This document shows positions 27,571 to 39,771 of a stretch of DNA of 64,000 nucleotides, in pieces. Positions within the stretch are counted from its first letter, which is position 1; every line of letters begins with the position of its first letter. The stretch spans positions 7,688,001 to 7,752,000 of the forward strand of contig CP075497.1 in assembly GCA_021613535.1 (NCBI GenBank), read 5' to 3'. Source of the DNA: Adineta vaga. Lineage: Eukaryota; Animalia; Rotifera. The notes beneath the pieces are model-generated. The model made no database searches, was not told where the DNA came from, and worked only from the letters and a program-made list of their open reading frames with translations. Made by a program: the position numbers and the translations under genes.

Positions 27571-29227
27571 ATGAATCAAACATTTTCTTCTAGTCATAAC
27601 GGAATCAATCCTTCTACTGCAAACTCAACAAAACATTCAAAAATGTCTACGAATACGTCTTCATCTGCTGCTATATGTGATCCACCATCTGAATCAAAAA
27701 TTATTCCAGGTTTGGTTTCTGCCATACGAACTAGATTTGCTTTAGCTTTCCGTAATATATTCTAGTCTTCCCTTGGTTTGCTATTGATATCGGTGGAACA
27801 TTAGTTAAACTTGTTTATTTTGAACCACTTGACTTAACACCAGAAGAAATTTTGACTGAAGGAGAAATCTTAATGAATATTCGTCATTATTTAACATCAA
27901 ACCGTGCCTATGGCGAAGATGGATTTCGTGATGATGCACTTGAATTAACTAACATACGATTAGGTGGCCGCCGTGGTAATTTACATTTCATTCGATTTCC
28001 TACATCACGAATGCCAAATTTCATTGACTTATGCGTTATGAAAAATCTACATACGCTAACTTTTAAAGTGTTTGCAACAGGCGGTGGTGCTTACAAATTT
28101 GAACATGATGCTGTGGAAGTATGTTTGTTCGATTTTGTCTGAAGATATAAATTCTCTTTTGAATAATTAGAAATTAAAATTAAGTTGGTGTAAATGTGAT
28201 GAACTTGAAACATTAATTAATGGTTTAAGCTATTTGAGTAAATTAAATGCCAATGAATGTTTCTATTATGAAGAACCACAAAATAATGCAAATTTCAACA
28301 AACATTCATTAAAAGTTGATATGAAAAGTCCATTTTTATTGGTCAATATTGGAAGTGGAATTAGTATTTTACATGTTGAATCTGAAACAAATTATCGTCG
28401 CATCAGTGGAACAAGGTTTGTTGAGAGAAAACAACCGTTACATTTTATTTAATATCAATTTTCTTGACTATTATAGTATAGGTGGTGCTACATTTCTGGG
28501 TTTATGTTGTTTACTAACAGGTTGCTCAAGTTATGAGGAAGCCATTCAACTAGCATCTGAAGGCGATAGTACAAAAGTATCATTCAATTCGTGCTTTAGT
28601 GAGATTCTGATTGAATTTGCTGGTTTATTTAGGTTGATAAATTAGTCAGGGATATCTATGGTGGAGATTATGAACGATTTGGTTTACCAGGACATATAGT
28701 TGCAAGCAGGTAAATATAGGATCAATTATTGTTTAGATTTTTGGTATATATCTAAAATCTGAATGATTTCAAATTCTAGTTTCGGTCATATGAATGCACT
28801 TGATAAACGTGAACAAGCATCAAAAGCTGATTTAGCTCACGCAACATTAGTTACTGTTCTAAATAATATTGGATCGATTTCTATGATGTGTGCACGTACT
28901 GAAGTACGTTTTCTATTCTATTCAGATAGATTAACTCATTCAAATCTTTCCGTTTTTTTTTCATACTTAGAACGTTGATCGAATATTATTCAGTGGTAGC
29001 TTTCTTCGTATTAATGATTTATCCATGCGTATTTTAGCATATGCAATGGATTACTGGTCGAATGGTGAAATAAAAGCTGTTTTTCTTGAACATGAAGTAA
29101 ATAAATACCTAAACTATTGATTAATATTTTCTTGTTTGTCTACATTTAGGGCTATTTCAGTGCTGTGGGTTGTTTAAGAGAATTTATAATGGATGAAAAT
29201 GATCTCACTGATAGTACTCAACATTAA
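27571..29227 (+). CDS. PANK: Pantothenate kinase (eukaryotic type II), multi-exon; start may be 27571 or 27643
   Basis: [67 protein letters not shown] and FLEHEGYF motifs. Confidence 0.95.
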
Positions 29228-29476
29228 TTTCCAGCACATCGATATTCTTTCACTTCAGATTTTGTTTTGTGATATCAATTCAAGATTTCCTACTTGCTGA
29301 TCGCATTCTTCTTTGTGTCTTTTTTGAACTTTCTAACCGATTGAAGATCTGTGAACAGTGGTCTGTTTTGTTTTTCTCGTTTTTTTCTGCTTCCAACAAT
29401 TAAAAATATGTTTTGTTTTGACTTAACAGTGTGGATCTATTGTTTTTGTTTTGCTTTGTTTTGAAGATTGATAAAT

Positions 29477-30751
29477 ATGGTTCTCTTGAAGAAATTTTTT
29501 GATATATTTTGTATATTTGAATGTTGTTCAAATTATTGGATACCAAATGATATAAAAAGTAATTTGCTCACGATTTATAGAATGATGATGAAGATTGAAT
29601 CTTTTTTTGTTTTTAGAACTTGAAACACGTTTACGAAATCAATTAGTTGGTCAACCACTTGCCTATGACCTTATATTAAAATCAGTTAGTTCACATATAT
29701 CAATCCTAATCCATCCAAAGCTTTAGTCCTTTCTCTACATGGAACTACAGGAACAGGTATATCAGCGAAGAACTCTTTAAGAAGTTAGGAATTTCTTTTT
29801 AGGGAAAAACTTTGTAGCAAAACATATTGTCGAAAGTTTGTATCGTGAAGGTTACAAAAGTAAATACGTTCGATTGTACGTTGTTTCACGTGATTTTATG
29901 CATAACGATACTGTACATCTTGGTCAATACAAGGTATGAAATGTGTAAGTAAATATATATTAAATATACTTACACAACAAAAATACATTGATTTGAAATA
30001 GTTTATATAATTTTTGTTGATTTTAGGATCGTTTAACGAACGAAATTGAAAAAATGACAGAGAATTGTCCACAAACAATATTTATTTTTGATGAAATTGA
30101 TCAAATGTCTAGTCAATTGTTAGATGTTATTTTATATTATATTGATTTTCATACACCAACTAGTTCACAATCAATAGATTTTCGTAAAACAATTTTTATT
30201 TTCCTAAGGTATTGAACGAAGAAAAAACAAGTATAAAATATTTTAAATTTAATATTTTAGTAATATTGGTGGATCATCTATAATTGAATTAGCAAATAAG
30301 AATTCTTTATCATCTATCAAACGTGAAGATTATAATATTTTAGAATTTCAACAAATTCTTTCCGTCGCGTCCTCTCGTGAACAAGGTAAACAGAAATCTT
30401 TCATTAATTATCCAAACTACAATCTTTATTTCAGGTGGATTACAACATGCTGCACTAGTTGATCGACATTTAGTAACATTTTTCGTTCCATTTCTTCCTC
30501 TAGAACGTAAACATATTAAGAATTGTATTCGACAACAACTCGAAATTATTCTTGATAATGATATTTATGAATATGAATTATCTGAAGAGAAAATTATTGA
30601 TGAAGTTTTGAATTTAATTGAATTTAAAACTTCATCTTTAGAATATTCCGTTTCGGGTTGTAAAAAAATTTCACAGAAATTAGACTTTATATTTGAACGT
30701 ATTCGTCCAACATTGAAGAAAACAAAGAAGCAAATTGATGATATATTATGA
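29477..30751 (+). CDS. Torsin family AAA+ ATPase; apparent frameshift near 29702 and uncertain N-terminus (could be a pseudogene)
   Basis: CIFECC..WIP, LVGQPLA, KALVLSLHGTTGTGKNFV (torsin-type Walker A), FIFDEIDQM, FIFLSNIGG, FVPFLPLE and SGCK motifs. Confidence 0.85.
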
Positions 30752-30835
30752 TTTTCTTGTTTTTTGATTAATAAAATTTCAAACAACTTTGTTTTCCTTT
30801 TATTCGATAAGTACATATTTTGTATTCTAGATGCA

Positions 30836-33516
30836 ATGAGTGGCAATCAGCAACAGATTGATACGTTGAACAGTGAAGTGAGTTGAATGATTTCCTACGA
30901 AATTTTCTATATCTATTGTTATAATCTTTTGTAGATACAAATTTTACAGAAGAAATTAGATAGTAAAACAAAAGCATTTGCAATATTAATCAATGAATTA
31001 GAAACAGCTAAACATGAACGTGATCAATTCAAATCACTTGTTGATAGTTTACAAGAAAAAAGTGTTCAGTTAAAACGACAATTACATGCTAAAGTAATTA
31101 CAAATTACTTTTATTGAATCTTTATCGATCACTATTGTCTATTTAGAATGAATCGCTCATTCCATTTCATCATACACAAGCTGTATACGAACATCCTAAT
31201 GATGTAAGTGTTATTTTTCGAAAAAAACAAAATGATTCAACATTTGTCACTTACTCAGAAGGAAAAATATTTCTTGAAAGATTCTAAGGTTTGTGTTAGA
31301 TTGCAGTGCACTAATTGCTGCATGATTAAAAACAGATTATTTTATTACTAATCGAAATCTGCTTGTTTAACAAGGAGAAATATTTTCTCTTCTCATTCAT
31401 CTAGTCAACGGTTCATTTATTAAAATCTGCTTTGAAAACGATTCAAGATGAAAAAGAAACATTACAAACCAAAGTTAATGAGCTAACAAGAGAACTCAAT
31501 GATGTTAAAGGCGATCTAATGGTAAAGTGAAAATTATTTGGATAAAAAATGAAATTTCAATTGATTTTATTCAGATTTTTCGTCAAAAACGTCATCATGC
31601 TCGTGTTAATGGTAATCAAAATTCTGATGATACCTCTTCAATGTCATCAACGAAAGAATCGAACGTTCGTAATGAACAAGACAATGTTTTATTAAAACGT
31701 TTGGAACAATCAAATGAACGAGTAAGTTTAGTAGAAAATATTCATAATTTTAAATTGAAATTTTATTTAGATTAATCAACTTGATAATGATTTGAAAATG
31801 GTCGTTTGTCAAAAAGAAGAATTAGAAATTGAACGTGATTCATTTAAAAGTAAATATTTCAAATTAAATCAAGAATTAAATAAAATGTTAAATGGAAATG
31901 ACAAACGTGTCATCGATATTGAACAAATTCTATCAGAAAATCGGTATTGCTATCTATACAAAGTCAACATATATGACTATTTTCATATAAATATAGATAT
32001 TTGAAAGAAAAAATGAATGAATTAGTACAAGAGAAAAATCATGCTTTGACAAATGCATCAAAATATAAAGTAAATTTGTCTTTTTAAATTGTAAACAAAA
32101 ATATATTCGTTTGTTTTAAGGAACTTTTACAAACACATCGTTCGGCATATAATCATTTAGGAAAAGTGCAATCAACTGGAACTGTACTTACACATAAACA
32201 AGGTATGAATTATTTATTTGTATTAAATGAAAATGTTTGTTTTTAGTACAACATCTTCTCAAACAGAGTTACCTTGTTCCAGGTACACCAGAAACAGAAA
32301 ATGATCTTCGATCAATAGCTGAAGCTTTGTATGAGAATCTCAAAGATAAAAATATGACAATAACACATCAACGAAAAACAAATAAGTAAGTCGATACACA
32401 AAAAAATGATCCATTTTTTTCTATTTCCAATTAGAATCTTGGCTAATCGAGTGGCAGAATTAGAAAATTTATTAGCAGATACTAGTCTAATCACCAAATC
32501 TGGTAAGAAATGAAATTAGATTTATTTCTAATCTATTTCTATGTCTTTTTACACTGACTTCGAGAAAATGACTTTTAATGTGATTGTTAATGATTAAACA
32601 ATGCATTTTCGCAGAAAAAAACAAATTCAAGGTTAACATATTTGTAAATACGTCTTTCTTTTGCTTGATGATTGATGATGTATTGATTAAAAATTGAAAA
32701 TGTTCATTGATAAATCTGCCATTGAATTTGTTGATTCCTTAAGGGTTTATTCATTGTCTCGCAGATGAAATGTGTATACTTATGCATACTTTTACGACAA
32801 AAACGATTATTCACTTGAAAGATTTTTTTATTCAAATTTCAAAGTCAATATTTTGTTTTTGTCTCAAACATAATAGATCAGACAAATACTTTAATAAATC
32901 TCCTTGATCGAACGCCGACGCCACCGATTCCCGATAGTGCCACATCACAATTTATCAATAGTGTTGATGAACAACAGCAACAAACATCTCCGACTCAAAT
33001 ATTTAGCTTTTCATCGACATGGACACCAATATCACCTCTAATCAATCGAATATCTGATGAAGATATTACAAATAAAATCAAAGGAATTAAACATCATCCA
33101 ACAATAGCAACAACATCAGTCAAAAATATACTGGAATGTCATCAATCAAGAAAAACAAGCAATCGATCGGATAGTGTCGATTTAGAAATGGATGATCCAT
33201 TACAATCACCGACATTAACAACATCAATTGCTTATTTAGAAGAAAGAGATTTACTTCCAATAAATAAGCATACAACAACATCGATTACTGAACGTATGTT
33301 TTTCGAAATCAGTATGTAAGTAAATCTTTTTTCTTCTGTCTAGACTCGACATTTAATCTTGATATGGATGAAACAATGAAAGATAATGTTGAACATCTTC
33401 ATGCTCTGCTCAATACAGCTACATCTTCTCTTATCGCCGATAAAACTGCTGATCAATTGTTTGAATCTTCAAATGTAACAAATTCGAATTCATCTCTGGC
33501 TAATCTCACATGTTAA
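30836..33516 (+). CDS. CCDC149: Coiled-coil domain-containing protein 149, multi-exon
   Basis: KKLDSKTKAFAILINELETAKHERDQFK, KEELEIERDSFKSK, IDIEQILSENRYL and DKNMTITHQRKTNKILANRVAELE match conserved CCDC149 blocks. Confidence 0.85.
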
Positions 33517-33987
33517 ATTAATAAATTAACCTTTTAATTAAAAGTCTTCGTTTTCTTTTTTTCTTTTTTTTGTCTCGTCTGTCTTATCTTGTTCATTCGA
33601 GCATGTCAGTGTAAAAAGTGATTATTCAGTTAGTCACCTTCGGCTAAGGACCTTATTGATATAATAAATAGCAAACATGCTGAATGTCCTTGGTCTCATC
33701 ATTTCCGTCGATCTATGTTCATATAATTAATATATATTTTTATTAAAATTGAAGGATAAACATCGAATCAATCATAGCAGGAAAATAGAAAAACAGATTT
33801 CGAATATTAAAAAAAAACTTGGAAGAGAAAGAAAAACTGTACATTGATAGTCTGTCCTTGTTAAAATACATGTAATATTAGGTTGACTAGGTATTACCGA
33901 AGAAAAGAAAAAAAGAAAACCGATCGAACAGATGGAGTTATCAAGGTTTACATCTTAATTTAATATATATATTTTTTTTCTCTTCTT

Positions 33988-35223
33988 TTATTCAAGAGTT
34001 GTTGCTTGTATAACTTCCGTAACTAAATCTGGAATGCATGCAACATATTTATGCCAACCTTCAGTTTGTGTGATAGCTTTCAGATTGCCTCCAACAATGA
34101 ATTGTATGACACGAGATTTCAAATCTTTCGAATGATGTTGATCAGCAAGTAATAAGATTTCTGCACTTGTATCAATCGATATCGAACTCATTAATGCCAT
34201 TTCAGCTTGAAGACGTAAATCTTCTAATTGATATTTGTCCGCACAACGATATAATTCAACTGTCGATTTTTTTATATCATTAACTTTACCCGTATAAATA
34301 TATTCAAGCATTGATTGAATTGTCTCAGAACGTAGATCGTTAATTTCGATCGTATTCGTCGTATTTTCTAATGTTCGATTCGAAAACATCGCAGCAAAAA
34401 CAGGTGATCGAGCAGCAAGTATTAATTTATGAGCATTAAAAGTAACTAATGGTGAATTTGAATCTTCATCACCATCCGTTGTATCTGAATGATGTCTTAA
34501 TGGAACATTTACTTTTATCTTAATATCACTCATTTTTGCTGATGGTTGAAGTAGTAATTGGCTAAAATCACGAACAAGTCCTTCAAGACCACGTGTAGTA
34601 AAATTAATACTATCTGCATCATCAAATTCTTGATATTTTGTTTCTTCGGTAATAGCATCATCCATAATTGTAATACGAACATATATTTTCAATTTATCAT
34701 CATCGAGTGTATCATTCTCGAGTAATGTCAATGTATCATATTTAACATAATTAATAAAACCACGTGAATTACCACATTTATAAACAGAAAATTGAGCATC
34801 TTTACGCATTTCTGTTAATTCACATTTACGATTTACTAAGGAATATTCAGCTTTAGCTTTTATATCACGTTCACCTTTAATATATTCTAAGAATATTGAC
34901 ATATAATTTGATGATGCACCATAATTGCCTTTTGGATAACAAACAAGACGCCATTGAGTTGATGCACTTATGCCTGAGACAGGACTGAATGGTGATGATG
35001 AGAGACATATGATAGGCTCGGGATCTTCGAGATACGATGAAAAATTTTCCACAATCCACATATGTGAAAATGAATGTAGAGTGCGTTTAGTACAACAAAC
35101 ACTATCAAGACTATAATCATTACGCATTGTCGGTAAAAGATTTGAATTATTAGTTCCACCTGATGTTGATTCATTGGAAGCCAAGGAAAGACTTGATGAA
35201 GATTTTATGACTGTATTGTACAT
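33988..35223 (-). CDS. SPOP-like MATH-BTB protein, single coding exon
   Basis: MATH domain (WIVENFS, WRLVCYPKG, YMSIFL) followed by BTB (FNAHKLILAARSPVFAAMF, ADKYQLEDL) and BACK (LLLADQH). Confidence 0.9.
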   Translation of the reverse strand: MYNTVIKSSSSLSLASNESTSGGTNNSNLLPTMRNDYSLDSVCCTKRTLHSFSHMWIVENFSSYLEDPEPIICLSSSPFSPVSGISASTQWRLVCYPKGNYGASSNYMSIFLEYIKGERDIKAKAEYSLVNRKCELTEMRKDAQFSVYKCGNSRGFINYVKYDTLTLLENDTLDDDKLKIYVRITIMDDAITEETKYQEFDDADSINFTTRGLEGLVRDFSQLLLQPSAKMSDIKIKVNVPLRHHSDTTDGDEDSNSPLVTFNAHKLILAARSPVFAAMFSNRTLENTTNTIEINDLRSETIQSMLEYIYTGKVNDIKKSTVELYRCADKYQLEDLRLQAEMALMSSISIDTSAEILLLADQHHSKDLKSRVIQFIVGGNLKAITQTEGWHKYVACIPDLVTEVIQATTLE

Positions 35224-35533
35224 GCTATAGAAATAGAAATTAAATAAAACTCTTATAAAAATTCATTTCAAACTATGATGTAATTTTTAACAGTGATTAA
35301 AAATGTAGAGGAATGTTAGAGTTGCTTACGTGACTCGTTTTTGCCTTGTGCGTATCGACATTCGTTCTCTTGTTCGTTTTTTTTTTCTTTTTCAGAACTC
35401 GTGTGAGAAAAAAAACTGAGAATTACTGAAAATAAAACAGGCAAAATAGCAAACAAGCTTTTCTCTCTTTTTTATTCCTTTAAGTATTGCTTATATATAT
35501 ATACACAGGACGCGACGATCGAACGCTCGAGTG

Positions 35534-35545
35534 AGCGCATGCGCT
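35534..35545. promoter_or_regulatory. Perfect NRF1/Ewg-type palindrome AGCGCATGCGCT upstream of the SPOP-like gene
   Basis: 12-bp GC-rich palindrome in very AT-rich DNA, about 310 bp upstream of the ATG and adjacent to TATAAAAA on the minus strand. Confidence 0.5.
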
Positions 35546-38500
35546 TTTTATAACGTTACTTTCTTTCTTCTCTCTAGAGACTGTCGTCCTCCGTCTTCTT
35601 TTTTGAACGCACTAAGAAAAATGAAAGAAAAAAGACGAAAGAGAGGGATAGAGAGAGATAGATAGATAGAGAGAAATATATATGTATACAAGACGGCAGA
35701 TGACACTGGGATTGTGAGTTGAGCATGGATACGAGCATATCTATACACGTCTATATACATATACTCTACAAACACATAATTAGCTCGATAAACGTGTGCC
35801 TATCATATAAGTACAGATCGAAAGACTAATCAATCTTACATGTACTCAATCGTCTTATTTCTTAAGAAGGGAAATCTTAACAAACACATCTGTCATTTCT
35901 TCACGTTTATTGAATTTCATATAATTATTTATTCTCATCACTAATTAAATCACAATAATAATGATAGTATAGAACTAATAGTACCTAGAATGGTTCCTAT
36001 TGATTTCTATGATATTGATCCCAAGACGGTAACATACAGAATGCTCTAGAAAATGACGGCAATGGCCATAAGAAGAAAACAACGAGAGTGATGGTGGATA
36101 GAATCTTGTGATCGACTGTTTCGATACGCGTGTTCTTATTCTACACAACTACACCCGCCAACTCGCAAAACAGTCGCGACGCCGATATTAGTCTAGCATC
36201 TATTACTTTCTTTCTCTCTTTTTCTCTCTGTACGCGTCTTTCTTTCATTATAAGACGTCTTACGCTTCTGTCAGCGTCCTATTGCATTCCTTTCTGATTA
36301 ATAATACTAAACTAACGGATCATGTGAGAATGAAGAGGAGAAGAAGAAGGAGAAGGAGAAAAAAAAGAGAGAAAAAGAAATATCAAACTTGCATTTGATA
36401 TGTTTTATCAATTTCTTACAAGAGATTCTTGGCATGTTTTGTTTTATTTATATACAAAATAGGTCAAATACCTTCAATCAATTGAAGTTGCCCACAGTAT
36501 CTTGCCTGATAAAGAAAAAAAGACAAAGAAAAATACTTTCTTTTCTTTTATCGAATATAGACAACAATTAAATAACTACTCTCACTTGAGATATCAATTA
36601 CTCGACAAGTAAGATAACATTTTCTCGTGTGTCAGTTTTCAAAATATATTTATTATTTTTTTGACACGTACGAAAAACGATTTAAAAAAATTCAATTCAA
36701 TGAAATATGAATCAAAGACGACATTTTTCGATATTGTCTTCCAATTTAACATTATGTTTTATTAATCTCACTGAGATCACAGATTGTGTCAATCAATCAT
36801 TGATTCACATCTTGACATAGAAAAAGTACATCATTCCTATTTCAATATTGTATTTCATCTAACAATAATAATTAACCAACTATTTTAATCATCTCTTATC
36901 AAGTTTTTCTTTGTAAAAGACTTCGATCAATCACGAATTTTCTTTTCATCTCTATAGACACAATCTCAATGAGTGTCAAGTAAACACTTATGAAACGTGG
37001 ATTATTAATCTAATTCAATCGCTAACCTTACTGGTAACAACAAGAAAGGAAGTAAATATATAATGAGAATAAATGACATCATCACTTTTGATGATTCCAC
37101 CTTCGTTGTGTTATCGATTGAAATCGATAACGTATGCGTTTCGGCACCATCTGTAATTGATCAAGTCAATTACTCAAATAAAACTCAGTGAAAGAATCGT
37201 GTCACTATGGTCCTTTCTATTCTCTTCGCTTCTGCTCAAATGTGAAGAAGCATTGTATTTCAAATGGTTATATAATCTGTAACAATGAGAACATCGAGCA
37301 GCTGACCCACACCATGATGACATGCTAAGATTTCTCTCCTATCTCGTTATCTTTTTTTTCTCCCCTCTGCACCCAATTATTAAGGTCCTATTGTGTTTTT
37401 TCTTCTTCTTACATGTATTTGCATCGAACCTATCTGTAAAAGAAAAGAAGAAAGAAAACGAGCAAAATCTCGTCTGTCTATCATTCATATGAGAAAACGA
37501 GACGTGCCAATCTGTATTGTCTTGACATTTCACAAACGATTGTTGTCGTAGGTTAAATATTTAACAAACTCATTTCTTTCTCTCGTTAGTCTCTTTATTC
37601 AAGGTAGATACTTTCTTCTCATTAAACTACGAATCTTCATTTACATGTCGAACGTTTTAGAATGTGTCATAACATTAAAATATATCTAAATAATCTATCA
37701 AATATTGATTATAATAATTACTTTGTCACTTGATTGTATTCAATGGTATAATTTTTTTTTTCTTTCGTATTTCTTTGTTATATGACACTCAAGTTAAACA
37801 TCATCATATAACGATGTTCTGTTCACAACTGTTAAGGTTGTACAATGTGACAAGAAGAAAGACAACCTTTTAGCGATGAAAAAATAATCGAAAAAGACAA
37901 GTTGATCTTTTTTTTTTGTCTGCATATTGTATATGTACAACTAAACATGCAACCTATCACTATTGCATCATATTTCAAGTGCCCACCAGTGTTACTCTCG
38001 TTTGTGTCACGTGTTGATTCAAGGTTTTTATTCTTTATATCTGATTCCATATTGTTCATATAAGTGCAAATGAAATAATATCAATATTTCATAAATGATC
38101 ATAATACTTTTATGATCGATCAATTGATAATGAGAATTTTTCCGAAGGACAATATGTAATAGAGATAGTGTGAATGATGATGAAGTAATTTTATCAATAC
38201 ATTCAATTTATAGTTAATCAATAATGAAACAAACGTTTTTCGCTCTACATACAGATTGTTGTGTTCGCAAAGTATTGAAAATTGACCTCATAAAAGAATA
38301 TTAATATCTAATGGTGCAATTAAACTCCGATAGATCATGCATAACGTTTCCTTTATTTCTGATAGAATTTGACGTAATCATTTCTTTTGCTTCATTTAAT
38401 GAAAGAATATCATGCAATACATAATTTGACCTTGTAGAAATAGATACGAGAAAATGAAAGAACTCGTCTTACCTATCGTGTCTTTCAATAGTTAATATCA

Positions 38501-38866
38501 ATCATATTTAAATAAATGTTTAAAATGGAAGTCTTTCTCTTCCATAGACATTCGCTTCTATTTGATCTATTGATGATATGCATAAGTGTGAAGTTTAGTT
38601 TCAAAGATAATTTATTCTTTCTTCAAATGTTGAATTTTGCATCTATCTCAATATGATTATATCGAAAAAGACAAAGAAAAAATTCTTTTTCTTTTCCATC
38701 GACGTTAGAACCAATATCTCAATATATTCTACAGAAAATCTATCTACCATGATAATAATAATAATAATAATAATACAGAAAACGTCGTACTTCTGTTTGT
38801 TTCTGTCATCTATAACATCTTGGCGATGTAAAAGCATGTCTATGTATTAAACATATAATAACAGAA

Positions 38867-39664
38867 ATGTTTTTTCTGATATTAGTTGTGTCGTATTTTG
38901 ATCTTATTTATAATTTACAATGTTTTGACAATTGTTCAATGACATATTCAATGTCACAACCATTTACTATACCAGCTGATTGTCGTTCTATATCTTCTAA
39001 TCGTTGTTCAGTTAAAATTCTATTTTGGTATGATCGTCAAAACTATAGTGTTATATTTTCCGGTAAAACAATACCAACGAATCATCTTCATCACAATAGA
39101 CAAGTTTTAATGATTGAAACAGTTAAGAATAGTTCATTTTCCTATGATATTCGTCATGTTTGTAAAAAATTCGATAATTGTGCTCGTCATTTTGCTGAAC
39201 GAAAAATTTTAGAAATGATGAAACGATTCTACAATATATCAATCATGTATTCAGATTTACAACTATTATTACTTGATCAATCGATATTATCTGAAAATCT
39301 AGCTTGTTTTGATATGAATGATGATATTCAACAATGTACTATTCCAGGATTATCTGGTTCTTGTCAAATTATTAATGATCTTATTAAACATAAGTTTTAT
39401 CGACCTTTATGTTTATACAATAGTCGCGTATCAGCTAGTGTCAATATTTATGATTCAAAGAATTTTGCAATGCTGACAGTCAAATGTAATCGTATGTTTT
39501 GCAATGGACCTGTAATGGTTGCAGCAGTAAAACAAGTCTTACAACGTCATCAGATTATCGATGTTAATGGTCGTCTTACAGGAAATAGTTTACAAATACA
39601 CTTAACTCATTATTTGTTTCTATTGATGGTTTTCCTCTCGTTTCAGATAGGAACAAATAAATAA
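38867..39664 (+). CDS. Cys-rich secreted, probably GPI-anchored protein of unknown function, intronless
   Basis: Hydrophobic N-terminus, about 12 Cys including CNRMFCNG, and a hydrophobic C-terminal tail (YLFLLMVFLSF). Confidence 0.7.
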   Translation: MFFLILVVSYFDLIYNLQCFDNCSMTYSMSQPFTIPADCRSISSNRCSVKILFWYDRQNYSVIFSGKTIPTNHLHHNRQVLMIETVKNSSFSYDIRHVCKKFDNCARHFAERKILEMMKRFYNISIMYSDLQLLLLDQSILSENLACFDMNDDIQQCTIPGLSGSCQIINDLIKHKFYRPLCLYNSRVSASVNIYDSKNFAMLTVKCNRMFCNGPVMVAAVKQVLQRHQIIDVNGRLTGNSLQIHLTHYLFLLMVFLSFQIGTNK

Positions 39665-39771
39665 CAGGCAAGATCTTTTGTATACGAATCTTTACAAGGT
39701 GATAGAAATGACAAATGTCTCTGAATTATGTGTACGAGAAAAGTTTTTCCAATAAAAGATTACAATTAACG

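Noticed and set aside
37030-37085. Signal-peptide-like minus-strand exon (MMSFILIIFTSFLVVT|GTAAG)
   Set aside because: No in-frame downstream exon was found.
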